From: Dysgonamonadaceae bacterium
GTDB lineage: Bacteria > Bacteroidota > Bacteroidia > Bacteroidales > Azobacteroidaceae
NCBI GenBank assembly: GCA_031259075.1
Contig: JAIRLY010000059.1
Location: 1-49,521, forward strand
Direction: 5' to 3'
Length of the DNA stretch: 49,521 bases
In this document: piece by piece, positions 1 to 9,731 of the stretch
Position numbering within the stretch: the first letter of the stretch is position 1
How the letters are laid out: every line of letters begins with the position of its first letter
Notes under the pieces: generated by a model
Told to the model about the DNA's origin: nothing
Seen by the model: only the letters and a program-made list of their open reading frames with translations
Database searches by the model: none
Translations under genes and position numbers: made by a program

Positions 1-64
1 CAGAAGGTGGCCTTGATTTTTATTTCACGCGCTTGGAAAACACAAGTTTTTCATCTAATTTTGT
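1..64 (+). repeat. Dispersed promoter-bearing repeat B, copy 1 (cut by window edge)
   Basis: 62/64 identical to 38762-38825; contains TAATTTTG (Bacteroidetes -7 motif) at 56-63, 20 nt before the ATG at 84. Confidence 0.85.
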
Positions 65-83
65 GTAAGTTAAAAAAAAAATC

Positions 84-2936
84 ATGGAAGAATCAAAACT
101 GCTTCGAGTCAACTATCAAAAGTTATCGGGAGGAAATTTAGTAGCTGGAACACATGAAAACAAACCTTTGTTTTTACAATGTAACGAAATGCAACGGAAA
201 GAATTAGAGGAATTATCCCCTTTTCTTCAATGTGGAAATGTATTGAATTTGTTGAATGTAAAAAAAACAGGAGAAAATACCTGTCAAGCGGAATTTATTA
301 TATATGAACCGGATTATTTGCTTGATATCAGTTCCTTGTCCGAATGTTTCCGTCCGTATGGCCGTCATCCGCTCAATTACACGTTGTCGCGGTTGCAATC
401 CAAAACGATGACGCCGCCGTTGTTGTTAGGGAATACCGCCAATTTTTTCATCGACGAATTTGTCAATGCAGATGAAAGTAATCCGGTAGATTACAAAACG
501 GCTTTGAAAAAATTATTTCAAATGTATGCTTTTGAATTTACAACTTGTGAAGATTTCCGGAATTTAAAAACAGAACAGGATTTTTTTGCGAATTGCCAAA
601 AACATTTCAAACACATCGGCTATGCGGTTAGTCATTTTTTCCCGAAAGCCGGAATCGACAGGAAAAAAGTAGTTTTAGAACCGTCTTTCATTTCGAATGC
701 CTTGGGATTGCAGGGCCGTTTAGATATAATGTTGTGTGATTATTCCGCATTTATCGAATTAAAATCAGGAAAAGCAGTAGAAGATTTCCGGATGGGAAAC
801 CAATTTATTAAATCGGCTGAAAATCATTATATTCAAATGACATTGTATTTAGCCGTTCTTGAATTTAATTTGAATCTGAAAGCAGATGATGTTCGTTCTT
901 ATTTATTATATTCCAAATATCCGGTTTTGAGCAGAGAGAGTCACTCGCGAAAGTCTTTACAAGCCGCTTTATCGTTAAGAAATCAAATCGTTGCGCAGGA
1001 ATACGCTATCCAGAAAGCCAACGATTCAAGAGTCGGCGAAGCATTGCTGAAAAAAATAAATTCGGAAAACTTGAATACGGAACAACTTTCCGGCGATTTT
1101 TATACGATTTATTTGGCGCCTGCTATCGACCGGTTTCAAAAAACTTTTTCACAATTACAAGAATATGAAAAGAAGTATTTTATTCGACTTTATACGTTTA
1201 TTCTGAAAGAATTGTGGATTTCCAAAGCAGGCGAACGGGAATACGAAGGAGTGAAGAAAGCGGCTGTCTTGTGGAATGTTTCTTTTGAAGACAAATTAAC
1301 AGCCGGTGAAATCATGTACGATTTGAGGATTACCGACAATCAGGCGGCAACCGAAGCACATACCATACGCTTGGAAATACCGGAGTACAGGAATTTGTAT
1401 ATGCCCAATTTTCGTCCGGGAGACGCAGTGGTTTTGTACGAAAGAAATTCGACATCCGATACGGTAAACAACCGGCAAGTTTTCAGGGGCGCTATAGAAT
1501 CGTTGTATGGAAATCAATTGATTATCCGAATCCGTTATTGCCAGAAAAATCCTTTTGTATGGAATGAAAAATCTTTTTATGCGATTGAACACGACTACAT
1601 GGATTCGGTTTACACCGGAATGTTCCGCGCTTTGGTCGCATTTATAAATGCCAATCCCGACCGTAGAGATTTGTTGTTGAGTAAACGGATTAATAAAGAT
1701 ATTTTTCTTTTGATAGGTCCTCCGGGCAGCGGGAAAACTTCCATCGCGTTAAAAAAAATGGTAAAGGAAAATATTCAAAAGAGTCAGGCCAATATTCTAC
1801 TTTTAGCATATACCAACCGGGCAGTAGATGAGATTTGTAAAACATTGACGGATCTGCACGAACCGTTATCGTTTATTCGCATTGGAAGTGAATTGAATTG
1901 TGCGCCGGAATACCGGATTTATTTGTTGGAAAAGCAGTTGCAACATTGCACAAATCGAAGAGAATTGGCCGGGATAATCGGTCGATGCCGGATTTTTGTC
2001 GGAACAGTAGCTTCGGTCTGGGGAAAACCGGAACTTTTTCAACTCAAACGCTTTGACTTGGCCGTTATTGATGAAGCGACTCAATTATTGGAGTCTCATT
2101 TACTGGGTATTTTTTGTGCAAAAACATCCTCAGGAGAAAATGCTATCGGGCGTTTTGTATTAATCGGCGATCATAAACAGTTGCCGGCAGTCGTTTTACA
2201 ATCCAAAGATGAAAGTAAGGTTACTGATCCTCTTTTGAACGAAATCGGATTAACGGATTTGAGTAACTCTCTGTTTGAACGGTTTTATCGGAAGTATCGC
2301 CAAGAAGGTTACACCGATCTGTTTGATATGCTTTCCAAACAAGGCCGGATGCATCCGAGTATTTCAGCTTTCCCCTCCGAATATTTTTATGACGGACTTT
2401 TGGAGTCAGTCGGATTGCCTCATCAAATTGAAGAATGGCCGGATCGCCGCCGTTTGAATTTCTATCCGATAGAACCTTCGGAAAAAGAATATTCGGATAA
2501 AGCCAATATCAATGAGGCCAATCAAGTAGTGGCCATTTGCAAACAATTGTATCAAGAAGTTGTGAATAATAATGAAACATTTGATCCCCAAAGCATTGGA
2601 ATTATTACTTCTTATCGAAATCAAATTGCATTGATCCGTAAACAATTGCAAGAAACGGGAATTACCGGCTTTTCCGACATTTTAGTCGATACGGTCGAAC
2701 GGTTTCAAGGAAGTCAGCGGGATGTAATTATTTATTCTTTTTGTGTGAAAACCGACCGGCAATTGGCGGCTTTACCCAACCCAACGGAGGAAAACGGGAA
2801 GTTAATCGACCGAAAATTAAATGTAATGTTAACTCGAGCCAGAAAACAACTCCATATCATCGGGAACGAACCGCTTTTAATCAAAAATCCTTTGTATGCA
2901 CAATTAATTAAATATATAACTCAACTTTCGTTTTGA
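84..2936 (+). CDS. Dna2/Nam7-like nuclease-helicase (PD-(D/E)xK nuclease plus SF1 helicase)
   Basis: Nuclease motif GRLD...IELKSGK; helicase motifs GPPGSGKT, AYTNRAVD, IDEATQ, GDHKQLP, TVERFQG, RKLNVMLTRAR. Confidence 0.88.
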   Translation: MEESKLLRVNYQKLSGGNLVAGTHENKPLFLQCNEMQRKELEELSPFLQCGNVLNLLNVKKTGENTCQAEFIIYEPDYLLDISSLSECFRPYGRHPLNYTLSRLQSKTMTPPLLLGNTANFFIDEFVNADESNPVDYKTALKKLFQMYAFEFTTCEDFRNLKTEQDFFANCQKHFKHIGYAVSHFFPKAGIDRKKVVLEPSFISNALGLQGRLDIMLCDYSAFIELKSGKAVEDFRMGNQFIKSAENHYIQMTLYLAVLEFNLNLKADDVRSYLLYSKYPVLSRESHSRKSLQAALSLRNQIVAQEYAIQKANDSRVGEALLKKINSENLNTEQLSGDFYTIYLAPAIDRFQKTFSQLQEYEKKYFIRLYTFILKELWISKAGEREYEGVKKAAVLWNVSFEDKLTAGEIMYDLRITDNQAATEAHTIRLEIPEYRNLYMPNFRPGDAVVLYERNSTSDTVNNRQVFRGAIESLYGNQLIIRIRYCQKNPFVWNEKSFYAIEHDYMDSVYTGMFRALVAFINANPDRRDLLLSKRINKDIFLLIGPPGSGKTSIALKKMVKENIQKSQANILLLAYTNRAVDEICKTLTDLHEPLSFIRIGSELNCAPEYRIYLLEKQLQHCTNRRELAGIIGRCRIFVGTVASVWGKPELFQLKRFDLAVIDEATQLLESHLLGIFCAKTSSGENAIGRFVLIGDHKQLPAVVLQSKDESKVTDPLLNEIGLTDLSNSLFERFYRKYRQEGYTDLFDMLSKQGRMHPSISAFPSEYFYDGLLESVGLPHQIEEWPDRRRLNFYPIEPSEKEYSDKANINEANQVVAICKQLYQEVVNNNETFDPQSIGIITSYRNQIALIRKQLQETGITGFSDILVDTVERFQGSQRDVIIYSFCVKTDRQLAALPNPTEENGKLIDRKLNVMLTRARKQLHIIGNEPLLIKNPLYAQLIKYITQLSF

Positions 2937-2955
2937 AAATAAAAGATAATTTGTT

Positions 2956-3009
2956 TTTTATCTATTCTTATCCGTCTGTGTGCAAATTAAAAAAATTCAT
3001 GTAAATTTG
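2956..3009 (+). repeat. Dispersed promoter-bearing repeat A, copy upstream of ruvA
   Basis: Diverged reverse complement of 6516-6563 and 44004-44059 (core TTATCCGTCTGTGTG...AATTCATGTA); ends in TAAATTTG at 3002-3009. Confidence 0.75.
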
Positions 3010-3034
3010 TTCCGGCTAATCAAAATTCATTACA

Positions 3035-3622
3035 ATGTTGGATTATGTTAAAGGAGAAATTATCGAATTAACACCGGCTTCGGTCGTTATTGAAGTAGGA
3101 GGATTGGGGTATATTATTCATATTTCGGTAAATACTTACTCGGTTTTAAGCGAATTGAAAGAATGTAAATTGTTTGTTTACGAAGCTATTCGTGAAGATG
3201 CGCACCAACTTTTCGGCTTCTCGGATAAACGCGAGCGGGAACTTTTTCTGTTGCTCATCTCTGTGTCCGGAGTAGGCGCTAATACGGCAAGGATGGTTTT
3301 ATCTTCTTTAGCTGTATACGAACTTGAAGGAATCATTTCCTCAGGGAATACCTCTGCTTTGAAAACCGTAAAAGGTATCGGCAGCAAAACCGCCGAACGA
3401 ATCATTATTGATTTAAAGGATAAAATAAAACCGCGTGATTTCCCTGTTGAAAATACGGCTTCTCATCATATCGCTTCAGAGGCGGCAAAAGAAGCGATTG
3501 CTGCATTGGTAATGCTGGGATTTAATCAACCGGCTTCCCAAAAAGTGGTAAATAAAATTGTAAGAGAGAACCCCGCATTTGTTGTAGAACAAATCATAAA
3601 AAATGCGTTGAAAATACTTTGA
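3035..3622 (+). CDS. ruvA: Holliday junction branch migration protein RuvA
   Basis: [21 protein letters not shown] and [19 protein letters not shown] HhH motifs, C-terminal [11 protein letters not shown]. Confidence 0.97.
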   Translation: MLDYVKGEIIELTPASVVIEVGGLGYIIHISVNTYSVLSELKECKLFVYEAIREDAHQLFGFSDKRERELFLLLISVSGVGANTARMVLSSLAVYELEGIISSGNTSALKTVKGIGSKTAERIIIDLKDKIKPRDFPVENTASHHIASEAAKEAIAALVMLGFNQPASQKVVNKIVRENPAFVVEQIIKNALKIL

Positions 3623-3715
3623 AATAAATTTAAGTAAATCCGGACATCTTTTAATGAATCAAATGCAATAAATTCTATTTTTACCTCGTTATAAGTTTAC
3701 TAAAATATTTAGGAT

Positions 3716-4447
3716 ATGGATATAGTTTTACATAAATCTTTTTCTGTAAGTGAAACCGAAACAGGAATAAAAAACACAGATATCATTTATCCTACACATC
3801 ATTCTGTGGAAAAAGAGAATCGGTTATTTATCACTTGCGATGGAAACTCCAATAAATCGTTAACTGCAGGAAGAATTGTTTGTGAAGCTGTTAAAACCTA
3901 TTTCTATTCTTTCTTGGATAGTGATAGAGATATTTCCGTCGATTTTATAGAAAAAGCCATCCGGATGGGAGAAATTTCTTTATCGGAATATCAAGAAAAC
4001 AATCCGGCAACAAATGGTCTGTATACCGTTTTGTCGTTATTCTATCTGGCTGCCGATTGTATTTATTTGTGCCAAATCGGAGAAAACCGGATTTATCAAA
4101 TAAGAGAAAATCAAATTATCTATAAATCCATAAACTCCTTTTCCACCCGAAAAATTCAAGGAACACATAAACCCGTAGAAATCAATGTAATTGTATTGAA
4201 AGATATTCAGCCTAACGATCAGTTCTTTATTTCCAATTGTAATTTATTAAATTCACAAGACGAAGAAATTATTTGTGATATTCTTATGATGTATGCCGCA
4301 TCGGAAGAAAAACTCTCTCAAATAAAAATGTATTATTTGAATAAATATAAAAAACCTTTTTCCGCTCATTTAATTCCCATTCGGGACATAAGTAAAACAA
4401 AAACATTTAAACAAAGAATGCACTCGCTTCTTTATTCCTTTGTCTAA
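3716..4447 (+). CDS. PP2C-fold protein with degenerate catalytic motifs
   Basis: LFITCDG and CQIGENRIYQIR resemble PP2C motifs; the later SDG motif is replaced by ISNCN. Confidence 0.6.
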   Translation: MDIVLHKSFSVSETETGIKNTDIIYPTHHSVEKENRLFITCDGNSNKSLTAGRIVCEAVKTYFYSFLDSDRDISVDFIEKAIRMGEISLSEYQENNPATNGLYTVLSLFYLAADCIYLCQIGENRIYQIRENQIIYKSINSFSTRKIQGTHKPVEINVIVLKDIQPNDQFFISNCNLLNSQDEEIICDILMMYAASEEKLSQIKMYYLNKYKKPFSAHLIPIRDISKTKTFKQRMHSLLYSFV

Positions 4448-4454
4448 GGAGTTT

Positions 4455-5306
4455 TCAAACGGCTTTTAGGCTCATATCGAGGCTTTTTACCGAATGAGTC
4501 AATGCACCTGCGGAAATGTAATCCACTCCCGTTTCGGCATATTTCCGAATAGTTTCGTAAGTAATCCCTCCCGAAGATTCCAATTCGTATTTTTCACCGA
4601 CCTGTTCTACCGCTTTCCGGGTATTCTCCACGTTAAAATTGTCCAACATAATCCGGTCTACTCCTCCTACTTTCAACACTTCGTTTAATTCGTCAAAATT
4701 GCGAACTTCGATTTCAATCGGCAGTTGTTTTCCCTTTCTCCATAAGTATTCTTTGGCGCTAATAATAGCATTTTCAATTCCTCCGGCAAAATCGACATGA
4801 TTGTCTTTCAGCAAAATCATATCGAAAAGACCAATACGATGATTGATTCCGCCGCCTATCCTGACAGCTTCCTTTTCCATGATTCGCAGGCCCGGAGTTG
4901 TTTTACGCGTATCTAAAATCTGCGTTTTTGTCCCTTCCAGCTTTTTTACATATTTGCGGGTAGTAGTAGCAATCCCGCTCATCCGCTGCATAACATTCAG
5001 AACCAATCGTTCGGTCTGTAATAAAGATCGTATTTTCCCTTCTACGGTAAAGGCGATTTCTTTTGGTTTCACCTCCGATCCATCCCTAATGAACACTGTT
5101 ATTTTCAGATTCGGATCGAATGTATGGAAAATTTGTTCGGCAATTGCAACCCCTGCCAATACGCCTTCTTCTTTGATTATCAATTGTACTTTGCCTTCAG
5201 TTGTAGCCGGAATTGTGGAAAGAGTGGTATGATCTCCATCTCCAATGTCTTCTTTAAAAGCCAATTGAATTAATTCGTTTATTAATTCCTGTTTCATATA
5301 TTGCAT
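4455..5306 (-). CDS. nadC: Quinolinate phosphoribosyltransferase (nicotinate-nucleotide diphosphorylase)
   Basis: EDIGDGDHTT, LDTRKTTPGLR, LKDNH, RIMLDNF, ESSGGI, GALTHS. Confidence 0.97.
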   Translation of the reverse strand: MQYMKQELINELIQLAFKEDIGDGDHTTLSTIPATTEGKVQLIIKEEGVLAGVAIAEQIFHTFDPNLKITVFIRDGSEVKPKEIAFTVEGKIRSLLQTERLVLNVMQRMSGIATTTRKYVKKLEGTKTQILDTRKTTPGLRIMEKEAVRIGGGINHRIGLFDMILLKDNHVDFAGGIENAIISAKEYLWRKGKQLPIEIEVRNFDELNEVLKVGGVDRIMLDNFNVENTRKAVEQVGEKYELESSGGITYETIRKYAETGVDYISAGALTHSVKSLDMSLKAV

Positions 5307-6488
5307 TTATAACCCTAATTTTTTTTTCAAATCTTTCGATAAAACATCTTTATGAACTACAATACTTATCGTCTTATATTTTACAAAAGGAACAGAAGCA
5401 TACCAGATTCCTTTGTAAGTGGAATCGGTTCCCCACGAATTTTTTACCAAATAATATTTCGTACCGTTTTGATCCTGAGCGACGCCATATATCAACATTC
5501 CATGATCATCGGTTGTTTCGTAGTTATCAAATTCTTCCTGTCGCATTTCCGGTGTAATATTCTTTTCAGGAACGGGTGACGATAAATTGCTTACCAAACC
5601 TTCCTTTTCTTTTTGAGAGAGTCCCAACCAATATGCCTGATCAGAACCAACTCCTTTCGGCGCTTTTACATCCGGAACTACCGCTATTCCTTTTCCGTTA
5701 AATCCCTCGTCGCTCACATCCGTCGCCCAAGCTACAGTATATCCTTTCTCTATTGCATCGTCGATAACTTGCATCAGTTCATCCAAAGGAAGGTTGTAAG
5801 AATAAGCCCATCTCCAATTGTCGGGAATTTCGACAGGGAAAAAAGTATAAAATGGATGATGTGTAAATGAAGTAAGCGATATATAATCGTCGGGATTGAC
5901 GCCTAAAAATTGAGAGAAACTTTGAGGCGTGTATTGTTTTCCGTTATAAGTAAATGATTCGGGACATTTTCCCAGATAAGCGTCCGAAATACCGGTAAAT
6001 CCATTATACCATGCTGTAGATAACTTTTTATTGGGATTTTTAATAATCACATCCATGTATGCTTTCAATAATTCGTCTAATTCGTTGTGTTTATGCAGTT
6101 CTTCTCCATAGTTTAATCCGGGTTGAACCTCTTCAGGGACAATCCCATATTGTTTGATGCAGTCCAAAACATCGGCAAAAGATCCACCACTTGAAAAGTT
6201 GGTTTTTCCATTCATCCGCACGTATTTCTTTGCTTTATCGCCATAATTTTTGTGAACGACAAACATTTCGGAAAAGTCATATTCTCCTTTTCCTTGCCGT
6301 AATAATTCGGCCTCAATCAGACCTAATCCTGAAAAGCTCCAGCATGTCCCCGAACTGGATTGATTTTTAACAGATGTAACAGGAATTTCCTTAATAGTCG
6401 TAAATTGATAAGATTGTTTGTTTTCTTCCTGTGTATAAGTGAGGAAAGAAAAACCGAAAGAAAACAAAAAAATTAAAAAATGTTTCAT
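5307..6488 (-). CDS. Aminopeptidase C / bleomycin hydrolase-like cysteine peptidase (C1B), secreted
   Basis: Catalytic motifs NQSSSGTCWSFS, TTDDHGM, VKNSWG; N-terminal signal peptide. Confidence 0.9.
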   Translation of the reverse strand: MKHFLIFLFSFGFSFLTYTQEENKQSYQFTTIKEIPVTSVKNQSSSGTCWSFSGLGLIEAELLRQGKGEYDFSEMFVVHKNYGDKAKKYVRMNGKTNFSSGGSFADVLDCIKQYGIVPEEVQPGLNYGEELHKHNELDELLKAYMDVIIKNPNKKLSTAWYNGFTGISDAYLGKCPESFTYNGKQYTPQSFSQFLGVNPDDYISLTSFTHHPFYTFFPVEIPDNWRWAYSYNLPLDELMQVIDDAIEKGYTVAWATDVSDEGFNGKGIAVVPDVKAPKGVGSDQAYWLGLSQKEKEGLVSNLSSPVPEKNITPEMRQEEFDNYETTDDHGMLIYGVAQDQNGTKYYLVKNSWGTDSTYKGIWYASVPFVKYKTISIVVHKDVLSKDLKKKLGL

Positions 6489-6515
6489 AAAAGAATCAAT
6501 TTATAGATAAATATC

Positions 6516-6563
6516 CGGCAAATATACATGAAATTTTTCAATTCCACACAGACGGATAAAAAT
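6516..6563 (-). repeat. Dispersed promoter-bearing repeat A, copy upstream of the aminopeptidase
   Basis: 47/48 identical to 44004-44051; minus strand reads TATATTTG at 6526-6519. Confidence 0.88.
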
Positions 6564-6808
6564 TAGGCTAAATCTTTTTTTGAGGCGCTATGAAAAATAA
6601 TTCTTCTGCTCTTTACTTTCTCCGACAGCATTCTCGAAAGTCTTCCGTCCTCTTCGATGACGATTTTTGGGAACAGCAATTATCCGGTTCGAACTCAACC
6701 TCCTCAAAAATCGAATGAACCCGAAAAAATCTTTTCCGTTTCCGTACAGACGATTCTCGGGAAGTTAAAATCAATTAGGGTGACGCATTGGCGAAGTCAG
6801 GAAGATAG

Positions 6809-7252
6809 TTATTTAAAAGCAGGATTCATCAATAAATCTGTTATTTCCATTAAAGTTTCACCGTTTTTCTTCGTTATATCTTCAATCAGTTTCTGTCCTT
6901 TTATGACTTCCGAAAGTTTTAAGACTAATTCTTCATTGATTTCTGAGATTTCCGAATCGCAGGCTCTACTGCTATGGATTTTGGTGTAAAGAACGTTGTT
7001 TGTTTTTTCTACATTCAACTCTGTGGCAGACTGAATTTCTTTTTTGGAAAAACAAACAATTTTTATCAAAATAGAAATATCAATGTCGAGAAAATTAGCT
7101 ATTTGTTCAAGCCTTTTCAAACGAATGTCCGGATTACTTAACATTCGATTTATCCCATTTTCGTGGATGTTGAGAAAATGAGCTAATTCCCGTTTTGACT
7201 TGTTTTTTTCTTTTAATAATTGTGTAATATTATTCTTTTGTATTTCAGACAT
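6809..7252 (-). CDS. XRE/Cro-C1 family HTH transcriptional regulator
   Basis: ITQLLKEKNKSKRELAHFLNIHENGINRML...LEQIANFLDI HTH pattern. Confidence 0.8.
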   Translation of the reverse strand: MSEIQKNNITQLLKEKNKSKRELAHFLNIHENGINRMLSNPDIRLKRLEQIANFLDIDISILIKIVCFSKKEIQSATELNVEKTNNVLYTKIHSSRACDSEISEINEELVLKLSEVIKGQKLIEDITKKNGETLMEITDLLMNPAFK

Positions 7253-7305
7253 ATAACTTTTTTTGTGATATAATTAGTAAAAAATGTGTGATTTAATATT
7301 GTTGT

Positions 7306-7372
7306 TTACATAAAATGTAATATATTTGTAAAAAAATTGTTGAAACATAACATAAAATGCACTATAAATTTG
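7306..7372 (+). promoter_or_regulatory. Two -7 motifs, each preceded by an ACATAAAATG box (candidate operators)
   Basis: Palindrome TTACAT-AAA-ATGTAA 7306-7320 next to TATATTTG 7321-7328; ACATAAAATG 7350-7359 before TAAATTTG 7365-7372. Confidence 0.5.
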
Positions 7373-7446
7373 CAATTATTTTGTAAACTTTAAGGGCAAA
7401 TATAGATATTTTTATTCAATTAATAGCTAAAAAAATGTATTAATTT

Positions 7447-7674
7447 ATGGACGAATTGGAATCAATAAAGAAAAGAAGGTTGACGGAATGTCAACAGGGA
7501 GACGTAAGAAAAGCATGTGAAAACGCCAAAGTTTCTTCTGTAATTTTTCAGTCGGCTATGAGGAAAAAGAAAGTCAACGATTTAACAGATAAAGAAATAA
7601 AAGTAATAATGGCTTTTAAATGTATCCTTGATGAACGGCTTGAGAAAAAAGAAGAATTGCGAAGAATACTCTGA
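7447..7674 (+). CDS. Small basic hypothetical protein, possibly Cro-like HTH
   Basis: 75 aa, divergent from the XRE gene; GDVRKACENAKVSSVIFQSAM is HTH-like. Confidence 0.6.
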   Translation: MDELESIKKRRLTECQQGDVRKACENAKVSSVIFQSAMRKKKVNDLTDKEIKVIMAFKCILDERLEKKEELRRIL

Positions 7675-7717
7675 ATATTTTGTTTTAGTTAAATGTTTAA
7701 ACTCTAACAAATTTGTA

Positions 7718-8155
7718 TCAAAAATTAATAATGCAAACAGACATGTAATAAAATAATTGATTAAAAAAAAATTTCTCTAACTTTTTTTGTATAAACGATA
7801 AAAACAAACAAATTTCTTTAACCTTTTCGCTTCCTTTACCAACACAATGTTTTTCCTGATTGTCGTCGGCATTTTCAATTTTTACCGTCCAAATATTAAT
7901 ATTTTTGTCCAAAGCGTTTGCCAAATCTTTTGGAACAGTAATTTTTACTCCGTTTTCGCCGGCTGTCCATTGCAACGGTTTGTTGTAGCCGAGAATTGAA
8001 ACGCTTGTGCCGGCTTTGGCGGCAATGGAATTGAAAGTTATCTCATTTGCCGGCAAATCTTTGATAAAAGCGTAAACCGTTTGCCCGTCTTTACTTTGGG
8101 TAAAACGAATATCGCCTTCTTTCCAAACTTGCCGGGCGCGGGTGTTGTAAATGCC
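7718..8155 (-). pseudogene. C-terminal fragment of a second GH29 alpha-L-fucosidase
   Basis: Frame open from 8155 directly after a TGA, no ATG: GIYNTRARQVWKEGDIRFTQSKDGQTVYAFIK...LGYNKPLQW, typical of the GH29 C-terminal beta-sandwich. Confidence 0.7.
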
Positions 8156-8247
8156 TCAGGTTTCCGGCTATCAGCGTTTTAGGAATAAAGCGTATTTCCG
8201 AAAAACAGGAGAAATAATGCGACTTTCAGGATTTTAGTCATAACATA

Positions 8248-9561
8248 TTACTTCACCGTCACTTCTATTATCGTATCAATTTCGTCTAATTTTTCGGGCA
8301 GCGTAAAATGTACGTTTCCGCTCTTTTTGTCTTTTTTCCAAACGAGTTTATCCGGTAAATTCAAAAATATAGCCGATTGAATGTTTGGAATTTGAACAGC
8401 TAACTCTTTGGTATTTTTGTCTAAAATATGCAGATAAACAACATCATTTTGCATTTTAAAAGTAGAAACGCCCCACGCCTGCGGTGTAACAATGCCTTGT
8501 TTTGTTCCGTAAATTGTTTGTCCGTAAAGTTTTAGCCAATCGCCAACGGTTTTCAGGCGGTCGACACATTCGGGTGGAATGACTCCGTTGGGCATCGGAC
8601 CCACATTCATCAGCAGGTTTGCGCCCGTTCCGGCAGTGCGCACTAAGAGTTGAATGATTTCGGCGGACGATTTCCAGTCGCTGTCGGTAATGTACCAGCC
8701 CCACGATTGGTTCATGGTGGTGCAGGTTTCGAGCGGCAGGCGTGAAATTTCCTGTCCGCTTAGTCCCGATTCGTTTGTTCCGGGCACGTCGCGTTCAAAG
8801 ACCTGATAGTCTTCGCCTTCGATGGGGGGGAGGTGGTGATTGTTGGCAATCAGGCAATTGGGTTGGAGTTTGTGAATCAACGAATAAATTTCGGCGTAAT
8901 GCCAGTCGGTTTTTGTGTCGTGCGTGGATCGGTTTTCTTCGGCGGTTTGGTCCCAATGTCCATCGAACCAAATAATGCTTATTTCGCCGTAATTGGTTAG
9001 CAGTTCGGTGAGTTGCGCTTTCATAAAACGGATGTACGAATCCCAATTAATCAATGTACTGTCGCGTCCGGCGTTGTGTCCGGTTCGTCCGGTTGTCCAT
9101 TGGTAATCTTCTCTGTTCCAGTCAAGCAGCGAGTAGTAAAAACCGAGTTTTATACCTTGTTTCCGACACTCGCCGGCAATTTGTTTCAAAATATCTTTAC
9201 CGTAGGGTGTGTTGGTAATTTTCCATTCGCTTTGTTGTGTGTCCCATAAACTGAAGCCGTCGTGGTGGCGCGAAGTTACGACCATATACTTCATTCCGCC
9301 GTCTTTGGCGGTTTTTACCCATGTGGCGGCATCGAAGGCTTGCGGGTTAAAAATCTGTTGCAAAGGCGCATATTCGCTTTTTGTTATGGGCCGGGTGTCC
9401 ATAATCCATTCGCCTGCGCCCAACACGGAATAAGGCCCAAAATGAACAAACATACCGAAGCGGGCGTCTTCAAACCACGCGGCGGCAGTTCTTTTTGTTT
9501 CCTGAGCTGTAATAGTAAATGCTAAAAAGCAAAATAAAAATAAAAGATTAATTTTTTTCAT
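8248..9561 (-). CDS. Alpha-L-fucosidase, GH29
   Basis: WFEDARFGMFVHFG, TSRHHDGF, YYSLLDW, IWFDGHW (nucleophile), ETCTTMNQSWG; signal peptide. Confidence 0.95.
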   Translation of the reverse strand: MKKINLLFLFCFLAFTITAQETKRTAAAWFEDARFGMFVHFGPYSVLGAGEWIMDTRPITKSEYAPLQQIFNPQAFDAATWVKTAKDGGMKYMVVTSRHHDGFSLWDTQQSEWKITNTPYGKDILKQIAGECRKQGIKLGFYYSLLDWNREDYQWTTGRTGHNAGRDSTLINWDSYIRFMKAQLTELLTNYGEISIIWFDGHWDQTAEENRSTHDTKTDWHYAEIYSLIHKLQPNCLIANNHHLPPIEGEDYQVFERDVPGTNESGLSGQEISRLPLETCTTMNQSWGWYITDSDWKSSAEIIQLLVRTAGTGANLLMNVGPMPNGVIPPECVDRLKTVGDWLKLYGQTIYGTKQGIVTPQAWGVSTFKMQNDVVYLHILDKNTKELAVQIPNIQSAIFLNLPDKLVWKKDKKSGNVHFTLPEKLDEIDTIIEVTVK

Positions 9562-9731
9562 GTGTATTTTTTATTGTTTTACTGATTTCTTTTGTGAATG
9601 TAAAATTATATCATTATTTTTGAACCTGCAAATATTGTTTTTTTCTTTTTTGAATTATTTGAACTATGTCGGAAAATGTATAAATTTGTGGCACTATTAA
9701 AAATCGGACTTATTCTGAAAATATCTCATTT

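Noticed and set aside
84-1000. Cas4/CRISPR system
   Set aside because: The nuclease is fused to an SF1 helicase as in Dna2; there are no cas genes and no repeat-spacer array
2956-6563. Invertible segment between oppositely oriented copies of repeat A
   Set aside because: These two copies are the more diverged pair, no recombinase is nearby, and orientation is explained by gene direction; not strictly excluded
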